Assembly: GCA_002269645.1 (NCBI GenBank)
Contig: NIVC01000323.1
Coordinates: 186,001-250,000, forward strand
DNA from: Macrostomum lignano
Taxonomy: Eukaryota
Reading direction: 5' to 3'
DNA: 64,000 nucleotides
Shown: positions 46,060 to 59,990 of the stretch, in pieces
Layout of the letters: every line of letters starts with the position of its first letter
Numbering within the stretch: the first letter of the stretch is position 1
Program-made: the position numbers and the translations under genes
Notes under the pieces: generated by a model
Database searches by the model: none
What the model was told of the DNA's origin: nothing
The model's input: the letters and a program-made list of their open reading frames with translations, nothing else

Positions 46060-47080
46060 GGTTGCTGCGAGCTTATTTGGGGCGCTATTAGGTGCATTAT
46101 TAGGGATGCTATTATGGCGCTATTAGGTGCACTATTAGAGACGCTATTAGGGTGCTATTAGGAGCGCTATTAGGACGCTATTAGGTAGCTATTAGATAGC
46201 TTTTGGGCACCATTAAGGCGCTATTATGGGACTATTAGGGTCGCTATTAGGGAAACCATAGAGAGCTTTTTGGTGCACTATTAGGGATGCTATAATGGGC
46301 ACTATTAGGGATGCTATAATGGGCATTATTAGAGTGCTATTAGGGGCACTATTAGCGACGCTATTAGGGTGCTATTAAGAGCGCTATTAGGACGCTATTA
46401 GGTTGCTATTAGGTAGCTTTTGGGCACCATTAGGGCGCTATTATGGGACTATTAGGGTCGCTATTAGGGAAACCATAGAGAGCTTTTAGGTGTACTATTA
46501 GGGATTCTATTATGGGCACAATTACGAGTACAGCGCTATTAGGTGCGCTATTAGGGCGCTATTAGGGCGCTATTAGAGGCCCTATTAGGACACTATTAGT
46601 TGCCCTATCTAATTTAAAACACCATTTTATTTGTGACTTTTGGGTCGTTCTATACTGTTTGTTTTATTTAAAACTCTTGTTTAATTGCAGCATTAGCGAT
46701 TCATTTTGATAAATTAACTAATTCAAATTGTCTCCCGATGAGGTGCCCCGACTCATGAAATGGTCTTTAATGCAGTTTTATGACCTTGTTGGGTGCCTCT
46801 ACCTTTTGTTAGGCGCCTCTGTCTTTATGAAAGGTGCCCCTGTCTCTTGGTTGGCGCCCCTGTCTCTTAGTTGGCGCCCCCTGTCTCTTAGTTGGCGCCC
46901 CTATTTTTTGGTTAGCGCCCCTGTCTCTTAGTTGGCGCCCTTATCTTTTGGTTGGCGCCCCCTGTCTCTTGTTGGGCGCCCCTGTCTCTTGTTGGGCGCC
47001 CCTGTCTCTTGTTGGGCGCCCCTGTCTCTTGTTGGGCGCCCCTGTCTCTTGTTGGGCGCCCCTGTCTCTCGGTGGGCGCC
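46060..47080. repeat. GCTATTAGG degenerate array (46060-46610) and 20-bp cctgtctcttgttgggcgcc array (46830-47080)
   Basis: Tandem copies. Confidence 0.88.
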
Positions 47081-47244
47081 ATATTAAGATCATTTTTAAT
47101 CTGTTTTAAAATGAGACAAAATTTGTTTAAAGAAATCAGTTCAAACCAACCAAAGCCATGGCTTAAGGGCGTTTCCCAACCCCAAGGAGACCCGCGCCAT
47201 TCCCACGATTCTCTTTCTCTCTTCTTGCCAGCAACACCAACCAC

Positions 47245-47254
47245 AGCCAATCAG
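47245..47254 (+). promoter_or_regulatory. CCAAT (NF-Y) box upstream of cassette B
   Basis: AGCCAATCAG with CCAAT at 47247, 193 nt before the ATG. TATA-like CATAAAATA at about 47310. Confidence 0.45.
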
Positions 47255-47439
47255 TCAGCGCCTCTGCCTCTGCCTCTGCCTCCTCTCTCCTCTTCTCTCT
47301 TACCAACTCCATAAAATACAGCCAAACACATTATCAATAGGCTAAAACACTTCTGTCGTGTATAATGCTGCATACAGCTGGTAGTTGTCTCCCGAACGCA
47401 TCTAAGAAATTCAAAAGCTAGACAGTATCGCTAAGCGCA

Positions 47440-48208
47440 ATGCTTGCTTCTAAAAGCGCCGCAGCAATCTTGCTTCTGTGCCTGTGTCTGTCCGCCGCTG
47501 TCACCGCTTCAACAAAGAAGAACATCACGGTCCTGCTGTTGGCGACAAAGTACGACTCAGTTGGTCACCAAGTGGTCAGTCCGCTCGAACTGCTGCAGGC
47601 TACATTCGATGTTGCAATGCAGCATCCCGCTGTTCTTCAAGCTCTCGGCCACTCAATCCAGCTGGTCAAGCAGCCGGAAGACTTCCCTTGCGAACACGTG
47701 GCTTCAATCAGGGAGCTGATGGCCCTGAAGTGCAAGCAGCACGAGTCCTCAACTGGAGTGCAGCCGCGCCTCATCACTGGCTTGCTGTGCTCATACTCCA
47801 TCAACAATGTGTTTCTGTACTACAAGCACAGCATCGACACTTTCATTTCCACCGGTGCCCTGTCTGGCAGCCTCGACAGGTACGACTTGATCAGGGTTGG
47901 CACCACGGGCAAAGGCATCTTCGACACAATGCAGTCAGTCATGACCAACCTGGGAGGCTGGAAGCGGCTATTCTTCATCAATCGACGAAAAAGTGTCGTG
48001 GCTACTGACGGCAGACCCAGCTACTTCCTGGACCTGTTCCAATGCCAGTTCGTAGAGAAAGTCTTTGAATTCAATTTCAAGCAAAACATGTCCTACATGT
48101 ACGAGTCAATGACGCTGGATTCTCAAATTGATGAAGACTTGAAGCTGAACATTACGGACGAGCTGTACCGGAAGATCCTGCTGGAAAGAGTTGGGAATAA
48201 ACTGGCTG
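47440..48208 (+). CDS. ANF-receptor ectodomain cassette B (signal peptide + N-terminal part of the ligand-binding domain), single 769-nt exon; no downstream exon found
   Basis: Signal peptide MLASKSAAAILLLCLCLSAAVTA, then NITVLLL, LITGLLCSYS, LIRVGT and GGWKRLFFI. It ends YRKILLERVGNKLA at a phase-1 G|GTGAGT donor. Confidence 0.75.
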
Positions 48209-48286
48209 GTGAGTGGGGAGGCGGTTGCCGGCAGACATGCCTTCTTGGGATTCTTTGAGATGAGGCTCGAAGTTTAAGCACAAAAT

Positions 48287-49530
48287 CTGGGATCTGCAAT
48301 CTGGGATCTGCAATCTGGGATCTGCAATCTGGGATCTGCAATCTGAGATCTGCAATTTGGGATCTGCAATCTGGGATCTGCAATCTGGGATCTGCAATCT
48401 GGGATCTGCAATCTGGGATCTAGAATCTGGGATCTGCAATCTGGGATCTAGAATCTGGGATCTGCAATCTGGGATGTACAATCTGGGATCTGCAATCTGT
48501 GATCTGCAATCTGGGATCTGCAATCTGGGATCTGCAATCTGGGATCTACAATTTTGGATCTGCAATTTGGAATCTGCAATCTGCGATCTGCAATCTGGGA
48601 TCTGCAATCTGGGATCTGCAATCTGGGATCTGCAATCTGGGATCTGCAATCTGGGATCTACAATCTGGGATCTGCAATCTGGGATCTGCAATCTGGGATC
48701 TGCAATCTGGGATCTGCAATCTGGGATCTGCAATCTGGGATCTGCAATCTGGGATCTGCAATCTGGGATCTGCAATCTGGGATCTGCAATCTGGGATCTG
48801 CAATCTGGGATCTGCAATCTGGGATCTGCAATCTGGGATCTGCAATCTGGGATCTGCAATCTGGGATCTGCAATCTGGGATCTGCAATCTGGGATCTGCA
48901 ATCTGGGATCTGCAATCTGGGATCTGCAATCTGGGATCTGCAATCTGGGATCTGCAATCTGGGATCTGCAATCTGGGATCTGCAATCTGGGATCTGCAAT
49001 CTGGGATCTGCAATCTGGGATCTGCAATCTGGGATCTGCAATCTGGGATCTGCAATCTGGGATCTGCAATCTGGGATCTGCAATCTGGGATCTGCAATCT
49101 GGGATCTGCAATTTGGGATCTGCAATCTGGGATCTGCAATCTGGGATCTGCAATCTGGGATCTGCAATCTGGGATCTACAATCTGGGATCTACAATCTGT
49201 GATCTGCAATCTGGGATCTGCAATCTGGGATCTGCAATCTGGGATCTGCAATCTGGGATCTGCAATCTGGGATATGCAATCTGGGATCTGCAATCTGGGA
49301 TATGCAATCTGGGATCTGCAATCTGGGATCTGCAATCTGGGATCTGCAATCTGGGATCTGAAATCTGGGATCTGCAATCTGGGATCTGCAATCTGGGATC
49401 TGCAATCTGGGATCTGCAATCTGGGATCTGCAATCTGGGATCTGCAATCTGGGATCTGCAATCTGGGATCTGCAATCTGGGATCTGCAATCTGGGATCTG
49501 CAATCTGGGATCTGCAATCTGGGATCTGCA
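48287..49530. repeat. 14-bp minisatellite (ctgggatctgcaat)
   Basis: Highly homogeneous array just after the cassette B donor. Confidence 0.97.
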
Positions 49531-50394
49531 AAAGTATTTTTCCCCGTCAAAGAATTGTCCTAGGAGACAAATCTCTAATAAAAAGATTATTAATAATTTC
49601 TATCAAATAAGCACTAATCGACACTGACATGCATGCGATGGTCAAAAGAAAATGATAAAATTATTTGAAATGACAAAGGATCAATTTTTTGGGCGGGGCG
49701 CCCTTTTCAAAAGCGGCCGTAGCTAACATTTAGTTTTAGTAGTTGAGGCAACATGCAAGAAATATCATGCTTGTATGCTTAGTGCGATTACCAAAATGCC
49801 CTTTTATCTTCAATTGCCCGCGGAGAGACGCGGGGATTTTTCTGCCAGGCCAAGACGTGGGTCCGACACAGGAAGGGAGAAGTAGACAGCATGTCTCCTG
49901 GCTGGGTTACCCCTGGGTGGGAGGGCATGGAGGGTAGAGGGTGAAGCTATGTAGCTAGCCTCGCGTGTGTTTGAGGTCATTCTTGACAGCTTAATCGGTA
50001 ATTTTGAACGGGGTTTGGCAGTCAACGAGAGCTCGATATGATTTGATTAGTAGATTCGATTTAAATGGCGTACCGTGTGCGGCTAAAGCTATAACCCGGT
50101 GAAGATAAAAAATATATAGCTACGTGGAAGAAAGACACGTAAAGGTTGTCATTAACAATTTATGATTTAATTTTCGTATGGACAATTTAATAAAAGAACG
50201 CATGGTCGGTGGGTGACCCTTTGGGTGCACTGGGATTTGGGTGCACTAGAAAATCGACCAAGTGGTTTGTCGAGCGATTCACATGCACACCATTGGGTGA
50301 ACTCCCATGGCACAGAGAGTGTACATGCCGGACGATTAGAAAGTCAGGAGCCGCTGTGCACCCCGTGTGAGCGTGTCTATGCGTGCGTGCCTGC

Positions 50395-51195
50395 AGGTAG
50401 AGAAGATACCGAAGACAGGTAGAGAAGAAGGCGAAGACAGGTAGAGAAGAAGGAAAAGACACGTAGAGAAGAAGGCGAAGACAGGTAGAGAAGAAGGCGA
50501 AGGCAGGTAGAGAAGAAGGCGAAGACAGGTAGAGAAGAAGGCGAAGACAGGTAAAGAAGAAGGAAAAGACAGGTAGAGAAGAAGGAAAAGACAGGTAGAG
50601 AAGAAGGAAAAGACACGTAGAGAAGAAGGCGAAGACAGGTAGAGAAGAAGGCGAAGGCAGGTAGAGAAGAAGGCGAAGACAGGTAGAGAAGAAGGCGAAG
50701 ACAGGTAAAGAAGAAGGAAAAGACAGGTAGAGAAGAAGGAAAAGACACGTAGAGAAGAAGGCGAAGACAGGTAGAGAAGGGGGCGAAGACAGGTAGAGAA
50801 GAAGGCGAAGACAGGTAGAGAAGAAGGCGAAGACAGGTAGAGAAGAAGGCGAAGACAGGTAGAGAAGAAGGAAAAGACAGGTAGAAAAGAAGGAAAAGAC
50901 AGGTAGAGAAGAAGGAAAAGACACGTAGAGAAGAAGGAAAAGACACGTAGAGAAGAAGGAAAAGACAGGTAGAGAAGAAGGAAAAGACACGTAGAGAAGA
51001 AGGCGAAGACAGGTAGAGAAGAAGGCGAAGACAGGTAGAGAAGAAGGCGAAGACAGGTAGAGAAGAAGGCGAAGACAGGTAGAGAAGAAGGCGAAGACAG
51101 GTAGAGAAGAAGGCGAAGACAGGTAGAGAAGAAGGCGAAGACAGGTAGAGAAGAAGGCGAAGACAGGTAGAAAAGAAGGCGAAGGCAGGTAGAGG
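50395..51195. repeat. 22-bp minisatellite (agacaggtagagaagaaggcga)
   Basis: Tandem copies. Confidence 0.95.
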
Positions 51196-52669
51196 CAAGA
51201 AAAGAGCCAAATCAGAGCTTAGATAAAGAGGTCCAAAATAGAAAGACAGGCAGTCAGTGACGTTAGCAAAAAGCAGAAGATGATTTGCAGAAGGATATAA
51301 TATGTAATTTCGCCCTAGCGATGGCTTATTATTAGTCTCTAGGGGATGGGGGGGTGGTCGGTTAACTGTCACATCCTTAAAGCAGTCAGCAGGCATTGTG
51401 AGAGCTTTCCTTCCTTTTTGCGGCTAATTTGGCTCGACCGTAGCAATTAGCTGGCGGGGGGGGTAATTAGGTAATTTAGCAGTTTGGCCCCACTATTTTA
51501 AAGGCATGGCAATTTAGTATGTGCATGGCAGTATAAACAGTATGGATATATTGCATGTATAAATACTCATACAAGCACTATAAAAAGTAAACCTTCTATG
51601 CTAGATATTTATGGTCGATGTGACGTTATAAAATTATGTTTAAATTCGCGCCAAAATTGGATTGTGGTAAACACTGTTTAAGATCTATATGAGCTAAGCT
51701 TTCTATAGGAAGTCACTTGAGAGCCATTTTTATTAAATTGTTTTATCAAGTACTTTTTGTTATTAATATGGTGCCATATTTTAAAGCTTATTTGCCGAAC
51801 GAAGTTTCAAAAAAGTACGCATTTATTTTAAACAAACTCAAAACAGATTTAACTATACTTCCTACCATTAGATGCCTAATAATTTAGCTTTGAAAGAATT
51901 TAGAATTTAATTTAAACAATAAAATAAAACAGATTTAGTACTAACGATCTTTCTAGAATATTCCTCACAAACAAAATTTAAAATTGTAACAAATTCAATT
52001 AATGCAAAACAAAAAAACCGATTTAATTATAGAAGATTTCTCCGAATCAAAGATAACAATTATTGCAGATTTAATTAATACAAAATTAAATCAGATTTAG
52101 TCCCAACTCGACTTTCGCGAGGGCATAGGTTTTCATAAAAGTACTTTTAGGTGGGGTAAAATTTTTATTGAACCTAAAAACTTGACCTTCACATCTTCCT
52201 AGCTCTCAAGTGGCCTGATCTGATTTTCCAGTGCTGGAGAAAATGAAGTTAAAAGAAAGAATTTTTTCAGATTTGGCTGGAAAACAAATTGACTGGCTGG
52301 TTTTGTGGTTCCACTGGACGACTTTTTGACAATCCATGAATTTTTCTACGTTTAAAATGCCACCAGTAGATAGCAGATGCTATAGCTAGGGGCGCGGTGG
52401 ACTGGAGATAAAAAGGAACCATTGAAGATGGATTGCCAGAGTGCGGCTGCGGTGCGCAGAGTAACTAGAAGCCTCGTATCAGTGACCTACTGATAGAGAG
52501 AGAGATGGCCAAGCTTGCATGGAAGCTGGGATCGGGAGCTGGGTAGATATAGATAAGTCTGACGACTGAGGAATGGAAAAATGTTTTTAGGGGTGAAATT
52601 GGAGAGTGCTGTAAGACAGACTGACAGTGCAATGGGGCTGGTGTGTAATTGATCGGGAAGGGATTAGAA

Positions 52670-53295
52670 AGTGAGAGGGGACGGAGAGAAGGAGGGGAGA
52701 GAGATGGGAGAGAATGAAAGGGAGAGGGTGAGAGGTAGAGGGAAAGGGAGAGATGGGAGAGGAGAGAGATGGGAGAAGAGAGAGGGGAGAGGGGAGAGAG
52801 GATTGAGATTTGAGAGGAGAGAGATGTGAGAGGGGATTAAGATGGGAGAGGAAAGATCAGAGAGTGGAGAGATGGGAGAGTGGAGAGGGGAGAGTGAGAG
52901 ACAGGAGAGAGATGGGAGAGGAGAGAGATGGGAGGGGAGAGGGATGGGAGGAGAGAGATTGGAAAATCAGAGAGATGAGAGAGAGAGGATTGAGATTGGA
53001 GAGGAGAGACCAGAGAGTGGAGAGATGGGAGACGGGAGAGGTGAGAGTGAGAGACAGGAGAGAGATACCAGGTAGGAGAGGGGAGAGAAGAGAAAGGACA
53101 TCGCAGAGGTAATCTATGACGCTGTCGCAACTCAAGCCGACAGCCAACCTTTCACCCCGTCAGTAATGTACACTCACTGAATTCAAAGCCAATCTTTTTA
53201 TTAACAATCGAAGAATTTCTCAAAGTGAGAAAATCGAATTTATATGGACTTTGCACTAGAAAGAAGTCCCCGCAGTCGCTAACGCGCAGTGGAGC

Positions 53296-53372
<77 letters not shown>
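52670..53372. repeat. GA-rich low-complexity tract and (GA)n run at 53300-53370
   Basis: Visible purine runs. Confidence 0.9.
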
Positions 53373-53374
<2 letters not shown>

Positions 53375-54057
53375 CAGCGGTCATGTAGGAAGGCACGTAA
53401 AGAATTGGTTAAGTTCTAAGCAAACCAGATGGAAAGCAAGATAAACATGAAAGTGAGCACACAGTGTGATGAAGGCTTGGCAGCAGAGAAGCTGCATGTC
53501 GTGGCCTGATGCTGGAGCGTCTCACTCACACCCCTGTCATCTATCTTCTTTATTTGAACAACTATTTATTCTGCGCAGGGAACAAAACGTTGAAAAAGAA
53601 ATTCCAAGTCTTGAAAATTAAAACCGGTGGGTCCTGACTGCCAACCGCTGACAAGTTGGCAACAGGAGAAGGGCAAGGGAGCTGATCGACTCTTGAGGAC
53701 AGTCGATTGGGTCAATCATATTTCCCCATTCATTTTTACCCCTTGGAATGCCTTGCAAAACACTTTGCATTGCCTGCTGCTCAGAGTGAAAATATGCTCT
53801 GGCACACGTTCCAAGCTAAAAGGGTAGAAAAATGACGAAAAATATGAATTTCCTGCAAAGGATTTCAAAGCACCGGCGCTTCCCGACCACTTTTCCTTTT
53901 CTGTAGCTCTGGGAGTGACTCTTCCAGGCTGCATGGCTCGGCCCCACTAAGCAAACTTGACTGACACACGGGTAGGGAAGTCACTGGGATCCACTTTGCC
54001 CTGAGCAGTGAACTTCCCGATTTTTGTCAATGCTTTTTTTGACACGATTCAATCACT

Positions 54058-54487
<430 letters not shown>

Positions 54488-55089
54488 TACAGCGCTAACA
54501 AATGCAGAACTCAAAAAATCCTCTCTAAAGGCAGCAAAAGATTTATCAACTGCAATTTCTCTTTCTGTTTGCTGTCAAGCGATGAGCAGTCAATGCCAGG
54601 CAAGCAAATTGACTCCGCTACCCTGCCTGACAGAATTCCGGGCAGAATTCGGCAAAATGCAGCACGGGAGGAGGGTTGGGCAGGACTGATAAGAAGAGAA
54701 AAAAGCATACTGCATTTTTTGCGTGCCAATTGCCCTGGGGAAAGGAACCCGCGTGCTCCGGGGGAAGGGAGGGGGTTGGTTTGTATCTTTTTAATCTAGC
54801 AAAAGTTTCCGGGAACTCCAAAGCTGGAGAGATTAGCAGGCTGCCTTCCTCAGCCTTGAGCTCATCCCCGCCCCAACCCTTCATCTGTGGGTGCGCAGTC
54901 TGGGATGTTTTTCTCATTGCAAATTGCTTCTGTACTGCGATGCCTTGAGAGCAGAAATACTGGTGTGCTTTCTTGGAAATGTTAGAGAACCTCGACTGGA
55001 ACCATTAGGTGAATGCTTTAGCACCGTAGAAGGATCATAGGGGGGAGTAGAGGACTCCAGAAGGACCATATTAGAATTAGAGGACGTCA

Positions 55090-56190
55090 AAAAGACCACA
55101 TAGATGAGTTTAGAGGACCATTGAAGGATGATATATTATTTTAGAGGACCCAGAAGGACCATAGTTTAGAGGATCCCAGAAACGCCATAGATGAGTTTAG
55201 AGGACCTCAAAGGGACCATAGATGAGTTTAGAGGACCTCAAAAAGACCATAGATGAGTTTAGAGGACGTCAAAAGGACCATAGATGAGTTTAGAGGACCT
55301 CAAAAGGACCATAGATGAGTTTAGAGGACCTCAAAAGGACCATAGATGAGTTTAGAGGACCTCAAAAGGACCATAGATGAGTTTAGAGGACCTCAAAAGG
55401 ACCATAGATGAGTTTAGAGGACCTCAAAAGGACCATAGATGAGTTTAGAGGACCTCAAAAGGACCATAGATGAGTTTAGAGGACCTCAGAAGGACCATAG
55501 ATGAGTTTAGAGGACCTCAAAAGGACCATAGATGAGTTTAGAGGACCTCAAAAGGACCATAGATGAGTTTAGAGGACCTCAGAAGGACCATATAGATGAT
55601 TTTAGAGGACCTCAGAAGGACCATATATATTTTTAGAGGACCATAAAAGGATGATATATGATTTTAGAGGACCCAGAAGGACCATAGTTTAGAGGATCCC
55701 TGAAACGCCATATATGTGTTTAGAGGACCTCAGAAGGACCATAGATGAGTTTAGAGGACCTCAAAAGGACCATAGATGAGTTTAGAGGACCTCAGAAGGA
55801 CCATATAGATGATTTTAGAGGACCTCAGAAGGACCATATATATTTTTAGAGGACCATAAAAGGATGATATATGATTTTAGAGGACCCAGAAGGACCATAG
55901 TTTAGAGGATCCCTGAAACGCCATATATGAGTTTAGAGGACCTCAGAAGGACCATAGATGAGTTTAGAGGACCTCAAAAGGACCATAGATTAGTTTAGAG
56001 GACCTCAAAAAGACCATAGATGAGTTTAGAGGACCTCAGAAGGACCATAGATGAGTTTAGGAGACCTCAAAAAGACCATAGATGAGTTTAAAGGACCTCA
56101 GAAGGACCATAGATGAGTTTAGAGGACCTCAAAAGGACCATAGATGAGTTTAGGGGACCTCAAAAAGACCATAGATGAGTTTAAAGGACC
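55090..56190. repeat. 31-bp minisatellite (gaggacctcaaaaggaccatagatgagttta)
   Basis: Tandem copies. Confidence 0.95.
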
Positions 56191-56959
56191 TCAGAAGGAC
56201 TTTCTTCAGGGAGAAAAGACATTCCCCGAGAAAACGGTTTCTCAATTTGAAATTGCAGTTCAAATGCGTGAGCCGCGAGCTCAGCTGGTTCATAAAACTC
56301 AGCGGGATTAGCATATAGCATATCCCACAGCTTTGCTTAGTGCAGAATTCATTGAAAGAAAGACAGTTTGTTCAATAATAATAATCTGGGAAATCTCGAC
56401 CAGCGAGGGGCTTTTAAGGATTTTAACTACTAGCAGATACAGCTAGCTGGGGATGAGCGCGAATTGACAAACTGTTGAATGCGAGACTCCAGACAGCTGC
56501 TAAAATTCTCAGCTGTTGAGTTGAGTCTGCTCTCTTCTCTCTCTTCTCCATCACACTCTCGGCAGCTCCAGTGCAGCCCTCAGCTTTCTCAGTGTTCATT
56601 TTCCCAAAATTCAACAGGGTTGCTGCTGTTATATATTGCGTTTTGCATTACCCCCGATAGTGTCCTTGCAGGATGAGGCTCTTCTATGGATGCTGCGATG
56701 GATCAATATATATTTTTTCTGTCGGGATAGACGAGAGACAGACAGCCACTGTCGCAGGTCAGCGGGGTAAACTGCACGCATTTGCTGGGGATAATCCAAC
56801 TAGAGAGTGTTGCTGGGCTAAGAGCGATTCAGATTCTGATGAGGGAATCATTATTTGTTTCTAATCCTGAGAATTCCCAGGCCTTTTTGGTGGCTTTTTG
56901 GGATAATGTTCAAGGATACAGAGAGCTGCAGATACAGATGGCAGATACGGGCTTAAGAC

Positions 56960-59900
56960 TACTGGCGGATCATAAATATGGTTTGCTGAGTTTCCTGAAG
57001 GATCATAAATAATAGGGGTTGCTGAGTGGCCTTAAGGATCATAGATAAGGATGGTGGCCTTAAGAATCATAGATAAGGATGATGGCCTTAAGGATCATAG
57101 ATAAGGATGATGGCCTGAATAATCATAGATAAGGATGATTGCCTGAAGGATCATAGATAAGGATGGTGGCCTTAAGGATCATAGATAAGGATGGTGGCCT
57201 TAAGGATCATAGATAAGGATGCTGGCCTTAAGGATCATAGATAAGGATGGTGGCCTTAAGGATCATAGATAAGGATGGTGGCCTTAAGAATCATAGATAA
57301 GGATGATGGCCTTAAGAATCATAGATAAGGATGGTAGCCTTAAGAATCATAGATAAGGATGATGGCCTGAAGAAATCATAGATAAGGATGGTGGCCTTAA
57401 GGATCATAGATAAGGATGGTGCCCTTAAGGATCATAGATAAGGATGGTGGCCTTAAGGATCATAGATAAGGATGATGGCCTTAAGGATCATAGATAAGGA
57501 TGGTGGCCTTAAGAATCATAGATAAGGATGATGGCCTTAAGGATCATAGATAAGGATGGTGGCCTTAAGGATCATAGATAAGGATGATGGCCTTAAGGAT
57601 CATAGATAAGGATGGTGGCCTTAAGAATCATAGATAAGGATGGTGGCCTTAAGGATCATAGATAAGGATGATGGCCTTAAGGATCATAGATAAGGATGAT
57701 GGCCTTAAGGATCATAGATAAGGATGGTGGCCTGAAGGATCATAGATAAGGATGGTGGCCTTAAGAATCATAGATAAGGATTGTGGCCTTAAGAATAATA
57801 GATAAGGATTGTGGCCTTAAGGATCATAGATAAGGATGGTGGCCTTAAGGATCATAGATAAGGATGATGGCCTTAAGGATCATAGATAAGGATGGTGGCC
57901 TTAAGGATCATACATGTAGATAAGGATGGTGGCCTTAAGAATCATAGATAAGGATGATGGCCTTAAGGATCATAGATAAGGATGGTGGCCTTAAGGATCA
58001 TAGATAAGGATGGTAGCCTTAAGAATCATAGATAAGGATTGTGGCCTTAAGAATCATAGATAAGGATGGTGGCCTGAAGAATCATAGATAAGGATGGTGG
58101 CCTTAAGGATCATAGATAAGGATGATGACCTTGAGGATCATAGATAAAGATGATGACCTTAAGGATCATAGATAAGGATGATGACCTTGAGGATCATAGA
58201 TAAAGATGATGACCTTAGGGATCATAGATAAAAATGGTGGCCTTAAGAATCATAGATAAGGATGATGACCTTGAGGATCATAGATAAAGATGATGACCTT
58301 AAGGATCATAGATAAGGATGATGACCTTGAGGATCATAGATAAAGATGATGACCTTAGGGATCATAGATAAAAATGGTGGCCTTAAGAATCATAGATAAG
58401 GATGGTGGCCTGAAGAATCATAGATAAGGATGGTGGCCTTAAGGATCATAGATAAGGATGATGACCTTGAGGATCATAGATAAAGATGATGACCTTAAGG
58501 ATCATAGATAAGGATGGTGCCCTTAAGGATCATAGATAAGGATGGTGGCCTTAAGGATCATAGATAAGGATGGTGGCCTTAAGGATCATAGATAAGGATG
58601 GTGGCCTTAAGGATCATAGATAAGGATGATGGCCTTAAGGATCATAGATAAGGATGGTGGCCTTAAGGATCATAGATAAGGATGATGGCCTTAAGAATCA
58701 TAGATAAGGATGGTAGCCTTAAGAATCATAGATAAGGATGATGGCCTGAAGAAATCATAGATAAGGATGGTGGCCTTAAGGATCATAGATAAGGATGGTG
58801 GCCTTAAGGATCATAGATAAGGATGATGGCCTTAAGGATCATAGATAAGGATGGTGGCCTTAAGAATCATAGATAAGGATGATGGCCTTAAGGATCATAG
58901 ATAAGGATGGTGGCCTTAAGGATCATAGATAAGGATGATGGCCTTAAGGATCATAGATAAGGATGGTGGCCTTAAGAATCATAGATAAGGATGGTGGCCT
59001 TAAGGATCATAGATAAGGATGATGGCCTTAAGGATCATAGATAAGGATGATGGCCTTAAGGATCATAGATAAGGATGGTGGCCTGAAGGATCATAGATAA
59101 GGATGGTGGCCTTAAGAATCATAGATAAGGATTGTGGCCTTAAGAATAATAGATAAGGATTGTGGCCTTAAGGATCATAGATAAGGATGGTGGCCTTAAG
59201 GATCATAGATAAGGATGATGGCCTTAAGGATCATAGATAAGGATGGTGGCCTTAAGGATCATACATGTAGATAAGGATGGTGGCCTTAAGAATCATAGAT
59301 AAGGATGATGGCCTTAAGGATCATAGATAAGGATGGTGGCCTTAAGGATCATAGATAAGGATGGTAGCCTTAAGAATCATAGATAAGGATTGTGGCCTTA
59401 AGAATCATAGATAAGGATGGTGGCCTGAAGAATCATAGATAAGGATGGTGGCCTTAAGGATCATAGATAAGGATGATGACCTTGAGGATCATAGATAAAG
59501 ATGATGACCTTAAGGATCATAGATAAGGATGATGACCTTGAGGATCATAGATAAAGATGATGACCTTAGGGATCATAGATAAAAATGGTGGCCTTAAGAA
59601 TCATAGATAAGGATGATGACCTTGAGGATCATAGATAAAGATGATGACCTTAAGGATCATAGATAAGGATGATGACCTTGAGGATCATAGATAAAGATGA
59701 TGACCTTAGGGATCATAGATAAAAATGGTGGCCTTAAGAATCATAGATAAGGATGGTGGCCTGAAGAATCATAGATAAGGATGGTGGCCTTAAGGATCAT
59801 AGATAAGGATGATGACCTTGAGGATCATAGATAAAGATGATGACCTTAAGGATCATAGATAAAGATGATGACCTTGAGGATCATAGATAAAGATGATGAC

Positions 59901-59990
59901 CTTAGGGATCATAGATAAAAATGGTGGCCTTAAGAATCATAGATAAGGACGATGGCCTGAAGGATCATAGATAGGGTGATGCTGAGTGGC
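56960..59990. repeat. 28-bp satellite (ggccttaaggatcatagataaggatggt) with about 1.35-kb higher-order duplication
   Basis: Rare variants recur 1351-1379 bp apart. Confidence 0.95.

Noticed and set aside
48152-49627. (LQIPDCRSQIADPR)n / (DLQSGICNLGSAIW)n ORFs that look LRR- or pentapeptide-like
   Set aside because: A 14-bp unit gives the same 14-aa repeat in all frames; artefact.
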